64,000 nt of DNA from positions 36,410 to 100,409 of the IMG/VR virus record IMGVR_UViG_3300019487_000024; one strand, written 5' to 3'. Positions 36,256 through 44,970 of the stretch are shown piece after piece (the stretch's first letter is position 1; each line of letters opens with the position of its first letter). A program made the position numbers and the translations under genes. The notes beneath the pieces were generated by a model. That model was not told the origin of the DNA and did no database searches. It was given only the letters and a program-made list of their open reading frames with translations. Source of the stretch: a virus.

Positions 36256-36971
36256 TTGAAATGGTCTTGAAAATACGTCAAGTCTTCAGGAGTGCCAAGA
36301 CCCCACATTTTATTGATGTGGAATATCTTCACTTTCTTTCCATCGCCGATTGCTTCATTATACACCGGAGCCACATAGAACTCGTTGTTAACTCGCACGT
36401 TCTTGGCAATCATTTGTTCGGCATACTTGACATAATCCGAACCTTTGCTCCAATAATAAATTCCAACTGTGGCTTCGTTACTAATGACTTCCTTTTCCTT
36501 CACTTCTGTCACGAATCCATTGTCATCCAATCTCACATAGCTCCACTTAGGATGGCTGTTGTTGAAGGTAAGAATACCACCATCAATCTTGTCTCCTTGC
36601 ATGGAATACATGAACTTATTCCAATCGAAATTTTCAATATATTGGTCTGAATTTGCAATTAACAATGGTTCATCATTATTGATGAATTTCTTGGCGAGTA
36701 GGGTTGTGCAAGCAGCACCCTCAGTTAAATGGTCAACCTCAACGATATTACATTTAGCGATTCTGTTTAGCAATTGTTTGAAATGATATTGCTGAGTATG
36801 TTCTTTTCTGACTATAAATGTATGAATGGCGGGAATACCAAGGTTTTCAACAACAACTTGTATCATTGGTTTATCATTAAAATTCTTAACAGCAATCAAA
36901 GGTTTTGGAAAAGAATAACCTGCCTTTTCAAACCTACTGCCTGCTCCTGCACATGGTATTAAGACTTGCAT
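36252..36971 (-). CDS. Sugar-phosphate nucleotidyltransferase
   Basis: LIPCAGAGSRF...PKPLI, TEGAACT, IANSDQ, KWSY, EKEVIS, EFYVAPVYN, GLGTPEDL. Confidence 0.88.
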   Translation of the reverse strand: MQVLIPCAGAGSRFEKAGYSFPKPLIAVKNFNDKPMIQVVVENLGIPAIHTFIVRKEHTQQYHFKQLLNRIAKCNIVEVDHLTEGAACTTLLAKKFINNDEPLLIANSDQYIENFDWNKFMYSMQGDKIDGGILTFNNSHPKWSYVRLDDNGFVTEVKEKEVISNEATVGIYYWSKGSDYVKYAEQMIAKNVRVNNEFYVAPVYNEAIGDGKKVKIFHINKMWGLGTPEDLTYFQDHFK

Positions 36972-38155
36972 ATTTGTTTCTTTAGTCGTTCAAGTTCAGT
37001 TTTTGTTTCTTGCCACAATTGATAAAAGTCGTCACCATGTCCGGGATGATGTTGTTTTGTGGTCAACAGTTTTAGATTTTCTAGGCGATTGTCATCTTTT
37101 TTTCCATTCTTATGGTGGACAATCTCATGTTTTTCGAGTGCTCGGCGTAGATGAAGCGACATAACTAATCTATGTTCAAAAACATATTCGGGTTTTCCTT
37201 CACTTTTCCACGAAATCTTGTGGGCTATTTCTTTTTGTTCGTATGGTAATTCGGAAACATTTAATACAACGTATCCATGTGTGGAACGTTTATTTGGGTT
37301 GTATAAAATGTGTTTTTTTCCATGTTGGAATGCAGACGGACAACAAGATTGACATTTTCCCGTGAATACTCCTTTTTGAATTTGAGTTATAATGTTGTGA
37401 TTATTGACGAATCTTGATGTATTGCAGGATGGACATAAAACTGTTGATTGGTAATGTCCTTTGGCTTGATTGGAATTTTTTTGAAGAAGCAATTCTGAAA
37501 ATTGAGAATACTTCTGCATACATTCATAAAGTTTATTGATAGCCTCAATAAACCGCCCCACTCTTGTCAAATTGACATCGGAGGGAGACTGTATAATCAT
37601 TACTTCCGCTCCACTATTCGTGGCTGCGGCGATACCGTTAGGAGAGTCTTCCAAAATCAAAACTTCAGATGGTTGAAGGTTCAAAGTCCGAATAGCCGAA
37701 ATATAAATCTCTGGATTTGGTTTTGGTTGTTGGACTTGTTCGTTTGTTAAAACAATGTCAAATATATTTGCACAGTGTAATTTTTCAAGAAGAATGTTCG
37801 TTGTTTTTTGAATACTATTTGTGCAAAGTCCAACTTTCAATCCTCGATCACGCAAATTACAAATAACCTTTTTTATTCGGCTGTCACATTTGATATTTGC
37901 AAGTAATTTTTCAGTTAGTTCTTGTTTTCTATGTTCTATTTGAGAATTCCATTCTGATGGAAGTCCTTTGTATAAGTTTAGAAATTCGAGTTTTTTCTTC
38001 GTGGATAATCCTTCGTAGGTTTTCGTTTGTTCTGAGGGAGTGATGACATATGACGAGGAATACTCTGATAGTGCATAATTCAATGCTGTAAAGTGGAGTT
38101 CTTTTGTTGAAGAAATCAATACTCCATCAAGGTCGAATAAAATGGCTTTAATCAT
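36959..38155 (-). CDS. HAD-family phosphatase fused to a Zn-finger/HNH endonuclease
   Basis: FDLDGVL, CTNS, KPNPEIY, LEDSPNG, then CPSC...CQSC and EHRLVM...VHHKNGKKDDNRLENL, all in one frame. AT-rich. Confidence 0.85.
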   Translation of the reverse strand: MIKAILFDLDGVLISSTKELHFTALNYALSEYSSSYVITPSEQTKTYEGLSTKKKLEFLNLYKGLPSEWNSQIEHRKQELTEKLLANIKCDSRIKKVICNLRDRGLKVGLCTNSIQKTTNILLEKLHCANIFDIVLTNEQVQQPKPNPEIYISAIRTLNLQPSEVLILEDSPNGIAAATNSGAEVMIIQSPSDVNLTRVGRFIEAINKLYECMQKYSQFSELLLQKNSNQAKGHYQSTVLCPSCNTSRFVNNHNIITQIQKGVFTGKCQSCCPSAFQHGKKHILYNPNKRSTHGYVVLNVSELPYEQKEIAHKISWKSEGKPEYVFEHRLVMSLHLRRALEKHEIVHHKNGKKDDNRLENLKLLTTKQHHPGHGDDFYQLWQETKTELERLKKQICKS

Positions 38156-38213
38156 ACTCTGCTACTATCGTGTTAGATATAAGTAGAGTTAAGAATTGAG
38201 AAAATCATTTATT

Positions 38214-38930
38214 TTATTTGAATACCGAATGTCCTTGATTTTCTGCTTGGGTGAAAACTTGATTGTATCTCAAATTGGTTTTGACTTGAGTCTCAATAGT
38301 TTTGTCATGATAGAGAGCATATTCTTCGTCTTGTGGCAAACAGACATAGGTAAGGTATCCTTCAATTTTCTCGTGCAGTCTTCGGTTGAAACTGATACGA
38401 GGATACTCTCGTTTGAATATGCGAAATTGAAAATCCGGGTAGTTCACCACAGGACGCTTGAAAGTAGGAGAAACAGTCAGCTTCCAACCCCATTGGGCTG
38501 CGTGTTGTGGAGTAACTCCCCGGAAATCGTTTATGCGTGGAACGGCATAGGCTTCCATCGTTGGATTTGCCTCAAGAAGAGCGTGGAGATTCTCTCCTAT
38601 TAAGGCATCGGGAGGATATTCGTCTCCATCTATCTGGAAAATGAAGTCTCCCGACGATCTTTCTATACCAAAGTTCTTGTGGGCACCGTAATTGCGGTCT
38701 AATGGATGTTCGAGAACCTTGCAGGTTTTCTTTTCAATCATCTCATAGCCCATTTTGACGGCAAACTCTGAGAGAATGTTCTTTGTCTCTTGGTTATCCT
38801 TCGCCTCACTGTCAATCAATACAATCACTTCGTCGTCAGAGTTTTTGACGACCGTGCCGACGATGCTAAGAAGTTTTCTCAGCGTATCCGTCTCTGTACT
38901 AACAGTTATTAAGTACGATACTTTTGGCAT
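38214..38930 (-). CDS. Glycosyltransferase family 2
   Basis: VSYLITV, EVIVLID, AHKNFG, IFQIDGDE, VPRIN, PDFQFRI, LHE. Confidence 0.85.
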   Translation of the reverse strand: MPKVSYLITVSTETDTLRKLLSIVGTVVKNSDDEVIVLIDSEAKDNQETKNILSEFAVKMGYEMIEKKTCKVLEHPLDRNYGAHKNFGIERSSGDFIFQIDGDEYPPDALIGENLHALLEANPTMEAYAVPRINDFRGVTPQHAAQWGWKLTVSPTFKRPVVNYPDFQFRIFKREYPRISFNRRLHEKIEGYLTYVCLPQDEEYALYHDKTIETQVKTNLRYNQVFTQAENQGHSVFK

Positions 38931-39618
38931 AACTAAAATTGGATTTGTCCGGTATTCGTATGAACTTACACTTGAGAAGGGCTTTTATGTTTTCTTCACG
39001 AACAATGTCTTTTTTTACCCGCTCTTTGTTTTTGAAATGGTGTGTTCTTTCATCCCACTCAATTACCATGTTTTTTGATGATTCGTAGTAATCTACCCAA
39101 TATCCATATTCAGATATGTAGAACTCACCACCATTTAAGGCATGAACGCCATTCCATCCCATTTCCGAGTTCAAATAATCAAAAAACTGACAGGCAAGTT
39201 TGTTGTAGTTTGGTCTATACTTTCCATCATTTCCCATCAACATTCGCATCTTTCGTATTGACTCCGTTCTTTTTCTGATACATTCTTGTCCTCGTTCTGT
39301 TTTGTGAAAGTTAATCAATGCAGTTGAATGGGATTTTCTTCGTGCATTAGACCACACTCTTCCTAAATTATAAGTGTTTCCTGTATTTACTCTTTTGAGA
39401 GTTTCCAAATTTGCACATGGTTTCCCTTTTCTATGACTTCTATTACCACTATGAGCACAACTTTTACATGGATGGTTATATTGTTTTGCTCTCCACAAAT
39501 TTTGTGATGAAGAGTATTCTACAACTCTATTACAATCTGGACAATTTCTGCTCCATCTCTTTTTGTTTGTAGTATTTTTTAAGTTTGTCTCGCTTGATTT
39601 TTTTACTATGTCGGTCAT
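38899..39618 (-). CDS. Putative homing endonuclease (Zn finger + NUMOD-like + PD-(D/E)XK/Vsr-like)
   Basis: CPDC...CKSC, GGEFYI...YWVDYY...VIEWDE..HH...DIVRE...FIRI. AGGAG RBS; AT-rich; overlaps the start of the GT2 gene. Confidence 0.75.
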   Translation of the reverse strand: MTDIVKKSSETNLKNTTNKKRWSRNCPDCNRVVEYSSSQNLWRAKQYNHPCKSCAHSGNRSHRKGKPCANLETLKRVNTGNTYNLGRVWSNARRKSHSTALINFHKTERGQECIRKRTESIRKMRMLMGNDGKYRPNYNKLACQFFDYLNSEMGWNGVHALNGGEFYISEYGYWVDYYESSKNMVIEWDERTHHFKNKERVKKDIVREENIKALLKCKFIRIPDKSNFSYAKSIVLNNC

Positions 39619-39691
39619 AAAATCTCCTCTGACGAATTCGACTTTGTTCCCGAAGCTCTTCTTCGGTTCGATTTAGTCGTTCTCGTCCCAT
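39530..39691 (-). CDS. Small basic 53-aa ORF overlapping the endonuclease (not in the ORF track)
   Basis: MGRERLNRTEEELREQSRIRQRRFYDRHSKKIKRDKLKKYYKQKEMEQKLSRL; TATTTAT motif 4 nt upstream. Confidence 0.55.
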   Translation of the reverse strand: MGRERLNRTEEELREQSRIRQRRFYDRHSKKIKRDKLKKYYKQKEMEQKLSRL

Positions 39692-39730
39692 AGTAATAAA
39701 TAGTTCGTTAGGATATAAAACGTTAGGAAA

Positions 39731-41350
39731 TTACAGAAGTTGGAATGTCTCTTCCAATGTTTTTTGAATATCAATTATGGGCATTTCTGTATTAAACATC
39801 ATCTTAGATGCTTTCACATTAGATAGATTTGAATCAAGTCGGCTCATAATTATAGTTTTCCCTCGCAATTGTGAAGCTATATCCTTCAAATTTTCAAATT
39901 TGATACTTTTCTTTTCTTCTCCTGTATTTTCAAATTTTATATTTACGGGAGACTTGTTAATAGCAACAATGGTTGTTTGGGAAGTTTCTTTTTCCTTAGC
40001 AGGTTCGGCCTGTTTGATAGGAACATTCTGTCCATTTGGAGCAGTTGCTCCCGGCAAGTTCAGCTTCTTCAATTTCGGAAGAACTATGGTTTGTTCTGTG
40101 GCGAACTTTGGAACATACTTGTCCAAAAGAGGATGAAAAATCTTGTCCATTGCCTCGTTGCTGAATTTCTCAGCGTTTTCGGCACGAAGCTTTTCAGCAT
40201 CTTCCAGAATCTTGCCGTTGTAATTGTTGAAGTAATGCTTCATCTTCAATTGGGCAGCGGCATAATCCACATCAAACCAACGAGCATCCTTCACAAACCA
40301 ATCGTTAACCGCTTCATCTGGAATTGGAACCAAGTTACCTTCAAAGAACTTGGCATACTTAGGATTCAAGAAATCCAAGTGCCCGCTCCAATTTGGAGCA
40401 AGCAACGGCTTACCACTCAAGGTAGAAAGCAACAGCGGATGCCCATAGCCTTCGCCGTGAGTAAAGCTGGCATGAACCTTGACCTTATCGTGGTTGAATA
40501 AGGCATTCATTTCCACGTCATCAAGCTCTCCGTGGAGAAGATAGACGTTTGGTAGGGTTGCGTTTGGAAGTTGTGATTTGACCATGTTCGTTACGTCGTT
40601 GATCTTGTTGATGCAATCGTAACGGTCCATAATGCAAATTTGTGCTCCGCTCGTCTTGAGAACCAAGCAGGGAGGATTCGAAACATTGGCAAATGCTTTC
40701 AAGAAGGTTTCAATCAAATGTCCGATAGCCTTTCGGTCAGCACGCATGTTTCCGTTCGTCCATTGACCGACAAACAAGAAGGCAAATGACTCTGGAATGG
40801 ATTGCAATGCTTCTTCCACAGATGCAACCTTTTCGTCGGTCTTTTTGTAAATGCGAGTGTCGGCTCCCCACGGAACAATTTCCATAGGAGTGCGAACAAC
40901 CAATTCTTCTGCCGCACCATTGGGAAGTCGTTTGTTGTAATTTGCGTGAGCAAACACGTCCTTGACGTGCTTGGATAGAACAAAGTTCACATTCATGCGG
41001 TTCAATCCCTCAATCCATTCTGGGCGTGGAACGGTAGTCTCAATACCAGCAGTCATTCCGATGTTGAACTTGGCGGGATTGGCATATTCATTCGGAATGG
41101 TCATTTGAATGAAGACTTCTGGTTGACGAGACAATGGACCTTTGAGAATCTTGTCCAATAGTGCCTTGCCTTCGGGGTCTCTTACTTCCGAGTCCAAATT
41201 CTTCTTGCTGCAAGCACCCCAAACTGTCGGGGCAATGTGCAAGTCAAACTTGTCGTAACGATAAAGACTCTTGGCAACAGATAGTGCCCAATCGCCATAA
41301 CCAGAACGGGTCCAAATAGGACTTTGTAATACACAGATAGGTTTGCTCAT
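39731..41350 (-). CDS. GT-B (GT4-like) glycosyltransferase
   Basis: TRSGYG, FLFVGQW, RKAI, THGEGYGHPLL...GKPLLAPNWSGHLDFL. AT-rich C-terminal extension. Confidence 0.85.
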   Translation of the reverse strand: MSKPICVLQSPIWTRSGYGDWALSVAKSLYRYDKFDLHIAPTVWGACSKKNLDSEVRDPEGKALLDKILKGPLSRQPEVFIQMTIPNEYANPAKFNIGMTAGIETTVPRPEWIEGLNRMNVNFVLSKHVKDVFAHANYNKRLPNGAAEELVVRTPMEIVPWGADTRIYKKTDEKVASVEEALQSIPESFAFLFVGQWTNGNMRADRKAIGHLIETFLKAFANVSNPPCLVLKTSGAQICIMDRYDCINKINDVTNMVKSQLPNATLPNVYLLHGELDDVEMNALFNHDKVKVHASFTHGEGYGHPLLLSTLSGKPLLAPNWSGHLDFLNPKYAKFFEGNLVPIPDEAVNDWFVKDARWFDVDYAAAQLKMKHYFNNYNGKILEDAEKLRAENAEKFSNEAMDKIFHPLLDKYVPKFATEQTIVLPKLKKLNLPGATAPNGQNVPIKQAEPAKEKETSQTTIVAINKSPVNIKFENTGEEKKSIKFENLKDIASQLRGKTIIMSRLDSNLSNVKASKMMFNTEMPIIDIQKTLEETFQLL

Positions 41351-41568
41351 ATTTCTAATTCTCTTGGTTCAACTCCAAAATTGTCTTTCAACAGCTTGAA
41401 CACATTGGTCAAGCATTCATCGCACAAGTGAACTTCTACACCAGTCAAGTCGTGGGAACTTCCATACCAACTTGCTGTTTTGAGTTCGGAAAAGCATTCT
41501 CTTTCAGGATGTTTATCACAGAGATACTTGGCATCTTCCAAAACTCCTTGTGTGATCACTTTCTTCAT
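41347..41568 (-). CDS. Small Cys-containing hypothetical protein
   Basis: CDKH...WYGSSHD...HLCDEC. Confidence 0.7.
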   Translation of the reverse strand: MKKVITQGVLEDAKYLCDKHPERECFSELKTASWYGSSHDLTGVEVHLCDECLTNVFKLLKDNFGVEPRELEI

Positions 41569-42155
41569 TGTCCTTGCTTTTCCTTCATTTCTTCGCTGTA
41601 ACGCTTCTTGATAGGAATCCCACCGCCCTTGTTGTAAAGTTCGGTAATAGATGCTCCCGGAATTCCTTCCACGATGGTCTTGAAGGCATTCAGTGCTCCA
41701 TCAGCAGTAGAAACCTGTGGAACTGGTTTCTTGACATCGGTGCTTCCAAATCCACCTTCGGAACGAACACTTGCGGGAAGTTCTTCGGCATCTTGGAAAC
41801 CAGCCGCCGTGTAGTTCTCAAAGATGATTTGAGCAATCTTATCTCCCACGGCAATCTTCTTATCGACATTGCCAAGATTGATAAGGATAACACCTACGTC
41901 GCCACGATAATCTTCATCAATGACTCCTGCCATTGTATCAAGACCGTCTTTGTAAGCTAGACCACTGCGAGGAGCAATGCGTCCATAAAGACCAGAAGGG
42001 ATAGCGACTGAGATTCCAGTTTTGAAGAGTTTTCGTTCAAGCGGCTTCAACGTGTATTCTTCAATTGAATACAAGTCATAGCCTGCCGCAAAGTCACTTC
42101 CACGAGTAGGAGTCTTTGCTAACGGATTCGTTTTCTTGATCGGAATTGTAACCAT
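41565..42155 (-). CDS. dut: Trimeric dUTPase
   Basis: AAGYDL, GRIAPRSGLA, GVIDEDYRG, IAQII, RSEGGFGST. Start ATG 42155; about 50-aa tail after motif V. Confidence 0.95.
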   Translation of the reverse strand: MVTIPIKKTNPLAKTPTRGSDFAAGYDLYSIEEYTLKPLERKLFKTGISVAIPSGLYGRIAPRSGLAYKDGLDTMAGVIDEDYRGDVGVILINLGNVDKKIAVGDKIAQIIFENYTAAGFQDAEELPASVRSEGGFGSTDVKKPVPQVSTADGALNAFKTIVEGIPGASITELYNKGGGIPIKKRYSEEMKEKQGQ

Positions 42156-42168
42156 AAGTTTGCCCACA

Positions 42169-42197
42169 ATACTATCAGAACTTATCCAATAGTGCAA
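42169..42197 (-). promoter_or_regulatory. Sigma70-type promoter for dut
   Basis: TTGCAC-17bp-TAGTAT with an extended TG and an upstream A-tract. Confidence 0.65.
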
Positions 42198-42224
42198 CTT
42201 TTTATACGACTTTGTAGTCTTTTT

Positions 42225-43715
42225 TTATACCAAGACTGCATCCGCTCGTTTTTGAAGAGCATCCTTGTCAATCTTGGGAATTTCAAAGCCCATGCCATCT
42301 TTCATTGTGTTGCCGACATAATCTTTGACCGAGAACACACTGAACTTCTTGGGCTTCGTCCAGTTCTTGAAAACGTATTCCATGCCAGTGATGAAAGTCT
42401 CACCCATGTTCTTGGCATTCAATCCACCTTCGCCAAGTGCCCAATCACGACCTACTTGACCGCACTTGGTTCGTTTTTCGTCGCCCATAAGATACCAATA
42501 CATGAATCCCTCAGCACAATCTTCCCACTTAGCCAAGTCATCAAAGATGTAAGGCGTAGGAATGCTTCCTTGAATAAGACGAGTTACCGGCCACACAGGA
42601 TATGCCCATGCACCACACGTTTTATACTTTCCAACATTGTTGCTGCCAAAGTCAGCAGAGAACTCCACGGGCTTGCCTTCGTCGTCCACCTGACCAATTT
42701 GATCTTGAAGACCACCCGTGACCGTAGCAATGATGGGCGTGCCGCACATGATACTTTCCGCAATGGAAAGACCAAATCCTTCGTTGGAAGAAAGATTGAC
42801 TGTTACGTCGGCAACGTTATACATCAAATTCATTTCTTGAGGAATTAACTTGCCCGGTGAGAAGATGATGTTATATTCGGGGCAAAGAGCTTCCTTGACA
42901 GCCAATAGATTGGTGCCAGCTTCGTGCATGATTTCGGTGTGAAGAACCAAAGTGCATTGAGCAGCTTCTTCTTTTGGCAGGTTGTCGCAGAACTGACGAT
43001 ATGCCAACATAATGTTGCTCGTGCGTTTGCGATGAACGTTGCGGCTGTTATAGAAGATGACGAACTTGGCTTCTTTCTTTCCATTGAATAGACGCTTCTT
43101 GAATTCAACCAATTTTGGGTCGTCTTTTGCAATCGGGAAGAATGTCTCAGCATCAATTCCATGCGGAACATAATGTATCAAAGAACGTTCGTTCATCGGT
43201 CCTTCGTCATTCACGGTGACACAGTTCTTTGGAGACAAGACATATTTGTTGATGTTCATCGTCTGCTTACTGATTGAAAAGAGAGCGTCGCAGCTTTCAT
43301 AAAACGGACGATTGTACATTGGGTATGGCACGTCATCCCAAATGTTCAAGTAAGTCAGTGGCATGGCAGAACGCACTTGTTTTTCCAGTGCATAGAGCCA
43401 TCCCCAAAAGCGAGGGTCGGTAAAGTGAAGAATGGCATTTGGCTTTTCCATAGCAATGACTTGGAAGAGCAACTGCTCATTGCCATATCCGTCAATTGGA
43501 TACAGCTTGACATAGGCATCCTTCATCTTTTTCAGTTCATTGGTGGACTGAGAAAGATCGAATACCTTTCCTTTTTCTGGATGGCTAATGGCACCGGCAA
43601 GCTGACACCAGTCATACTTGTGAACCGTGCTAAGAACCAACTCACGGGACATCGTTGCGATGCCCGAATTCATACGAAGATCATCCGACAGAAGAAGAAT
43701 TTTTGGCTTTGCCAT
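42225..43715 (-). CDS. GT-B (GT4-like) glycosyltransferase
   Basis: ILLLSDD...SGIAT, FTDPRF, VPHGID, SRNVHRK, SSNEGFGLSIAESIMCGTPIIATVTGGLQDQ. Confidence 0.9.
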   Translation of the reverse strand: MAKPKILLLSDDLRMNSGIATMSRELVLSTVHKYDWCQLAGAISHPEKGKVFDLSQSTNELKKMKDAYVKLYPIDGYGNEQLLFQVIAMEKPNAILHFTDPRFWGWLYALEKQVRSAMPLTYLNIWDDVPYPMYNRPFYESCDALFSISKQTMNINKYVLSPKNCVTVNDEGPMNERSLIHYVPHGIDAETFFPIAKDDPKLVEFKKRLFNGKKEAKFVIFYNSRNVHRKRTSNIMLAYRQFCDNLPKEEAAQCTLVLHTEIMHEAGTNLLAVKEALCPEYNIIFSPGKLIPQEMNLMYNVADVTVNLSSNEGFGLSIAESIMCGTPIIATVTGGLQDQIGQVDDEGKPVEFSADFGSNNVGKYKTCGAWAYPVWPVTRLIQGSIPTPYIFDDLAKWEDCAEGFMYWYLMGDEKRTKCGQVGRDWALGEGGLNAKNMGETFITGMEYVFKNWTKPKKFSVFSVKDYVGNTMKDGMGFEIPKIDKDALQKRADAVLV

Positions 43716-43743
43716 AGTGATGTAACCTTTCTTTGGGTGGGGA

Positions 43744-43947
43744 TTAAGCTAACGAGGAAGATGTTGCAGAAACGGGAAGAACGAAACTGTTGATTTCGTC
43801 TCGGAACGTGTCTTCGTTGACATAACGATAGACAGTTTTTTCTACAAGACCTTGCAATGTAAGCTTATGGCGAATGCCGAGAATCTTGAACTGATCGTAC
43901 AAAGTGTGCTCCACTTTGACTGTTGTTGCGACTTTTTTCGTGCTCAT
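43744..43947 (-). CDS. Putative ribbon-helix-helix DNA-binding protein
   Basis: ATTVKVEHTLYDQFKILG...TLQGLVEKTV beta-alpha-alpha pattern. Confidence 0.6.
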   Translation of the reverse strand: MSTKKVATTVKVEHTLYDQFKILGIRHKLTLQGLVEKTVYRYVNEDTFRDEINSFVLPVSATSSSLA

Positions 43948-44023
43948 ATATGTAAGTATCCGCTTATCTACGGGAATACATATAGTGATTTTTCCGAAAA
44001 AGTCGAGCGATTTGTTTTTTTAT

Positions 44024-44920
44024 TTAGAAGATAACTGCGTCCGCCACACCATCACATTTTTTGTTCTTCAGGTATGGGCAATACTTGCAGTTCTTCTTGT
44101 TTTTGCCGGGGATTTTGGGGTAGGAAATGGTTGTGTTATGCTGACCTTCAGTTGTGAAACAGGTGTCAACAAACTTGCCAAATTCTTGAATGACTTGAAG
44201 AACATCCGATTGAAACGAGCTTGGCTTGAAAACTTGGAGACGAGACTGAGCATATTGGGCGTTCTCGTAAAGCTTCCGCTTCAAGATGATAAATTCAACG
44301 TTGATCTTGGTGAGTGGAATGTTGTTTTGTTTGCTATACAAAGCCTTGTAAAGAACCAATTGGCTTGTCTTGGTGAAATCTTCCTTCTGAGTATTCGTCC
44401 AACCGTTAGTACTGGTTTTGAAGTCAATGATACGAATGTTGCCCGTGGCTTTCTCACGCATTACCAAGTCCAGCTTGCCATTGAGCATGACATTGTTACG
44501 AATCTCAACATTGAGTTCATCTTCAATCGCCAGAAGTTCCCACTTCGCCCGTGGGAAATGCATGAGAATGTTGGCGGGGTCAAGAAACTCGTTCAAGATG
44601 TTTTCTCCATCTTCAACGAAGCCATCAAACTCTGGTTGGGTGAATGGAATCTTTTTCTTCTCAACTTCCTTTTTGAAGGCAGCAACGAAAAACTCCTTGT
44701 TGTCAATCTTCTTAGCCGCCTCTTCACTCTCATGAAAAAGGACTTTCAGATAGTTTTGGACAGTTTCGTGGATGGCAGTTCCGAAAGACATAATGAGGTT
44801 GTCCTCAAACTGTTTTTCGTGGAGAATGTAATCTCTATACCATTTGTGGGAGCAAGTGAACCAATTGGTGAATTGAGAAAAACTTACTATCTTCTTCTTT
44901 TTCTTGACTTCTTCGCTCAT
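44024..44920 (-). CDS. PD-(D/E)XK nuclease (Cas4/AddB-like, probable Fe-S cluster)
   Basis: SFSQ...CSHKW, FGTAIHE, GKLDLV, IIDFKT, QLVLY, CKYCPY...C. Confidence 0.9.
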   Translation of the reverse strand: MSEEVKKKKKIVSFSQFTNWFTCSHKWYRDYILHEKQFEDNLIMSFGTAIHETVQNYLKVLFHESEEAAKKIDNKEFFVAAFKKEVEKKKIPFTQPEFDGFVEDGENILNEFLDPANILMHFPRAKWELLAIEDELNVEIRNNVMLNGKLDLVMREKATGNIRIIDFKTSTNGWTNTQKEDFTKTSQLVLYKALYSKQNNIPLTKINVEFIILKRKLYENAQYAQSRLQVFKPSSFQSDVLQVIQEFGKFVDTCFTTEGQHNTTISYPKIPGKNKKNCKYCPYLKNKKCDGVADAVIF

Positions 44921-44970
44921 TGTCCCTATACTTTAACAGAAAGAGGGACATCTGTCCATTTATTATAAGA

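Noticed and set aside
13644-43715. Glycan island as a bacterial chromosome fragment or prophage boundary
   Set aside because: It is interleaved with phage-type genes (dut, homing endonucleases, small hypotheticals), shares the TATTTAT motif, overlaps the phage kinase gene, and no integrase or att site is visible.
44024-44920. Cas4-like gene as part of a CRISPR system
   Set aside because: No repeat-spacer array or other cas genes are visible; solo Cas4/AddB-like nucleases are common in phages.
43904-44968. 354-aa ORF on the + strand
   Set aside because: It is antisense to the clear PD-(D/E)XK nuclease gene and has no recognisable motifs; a shadow ORF caused by codon bias.
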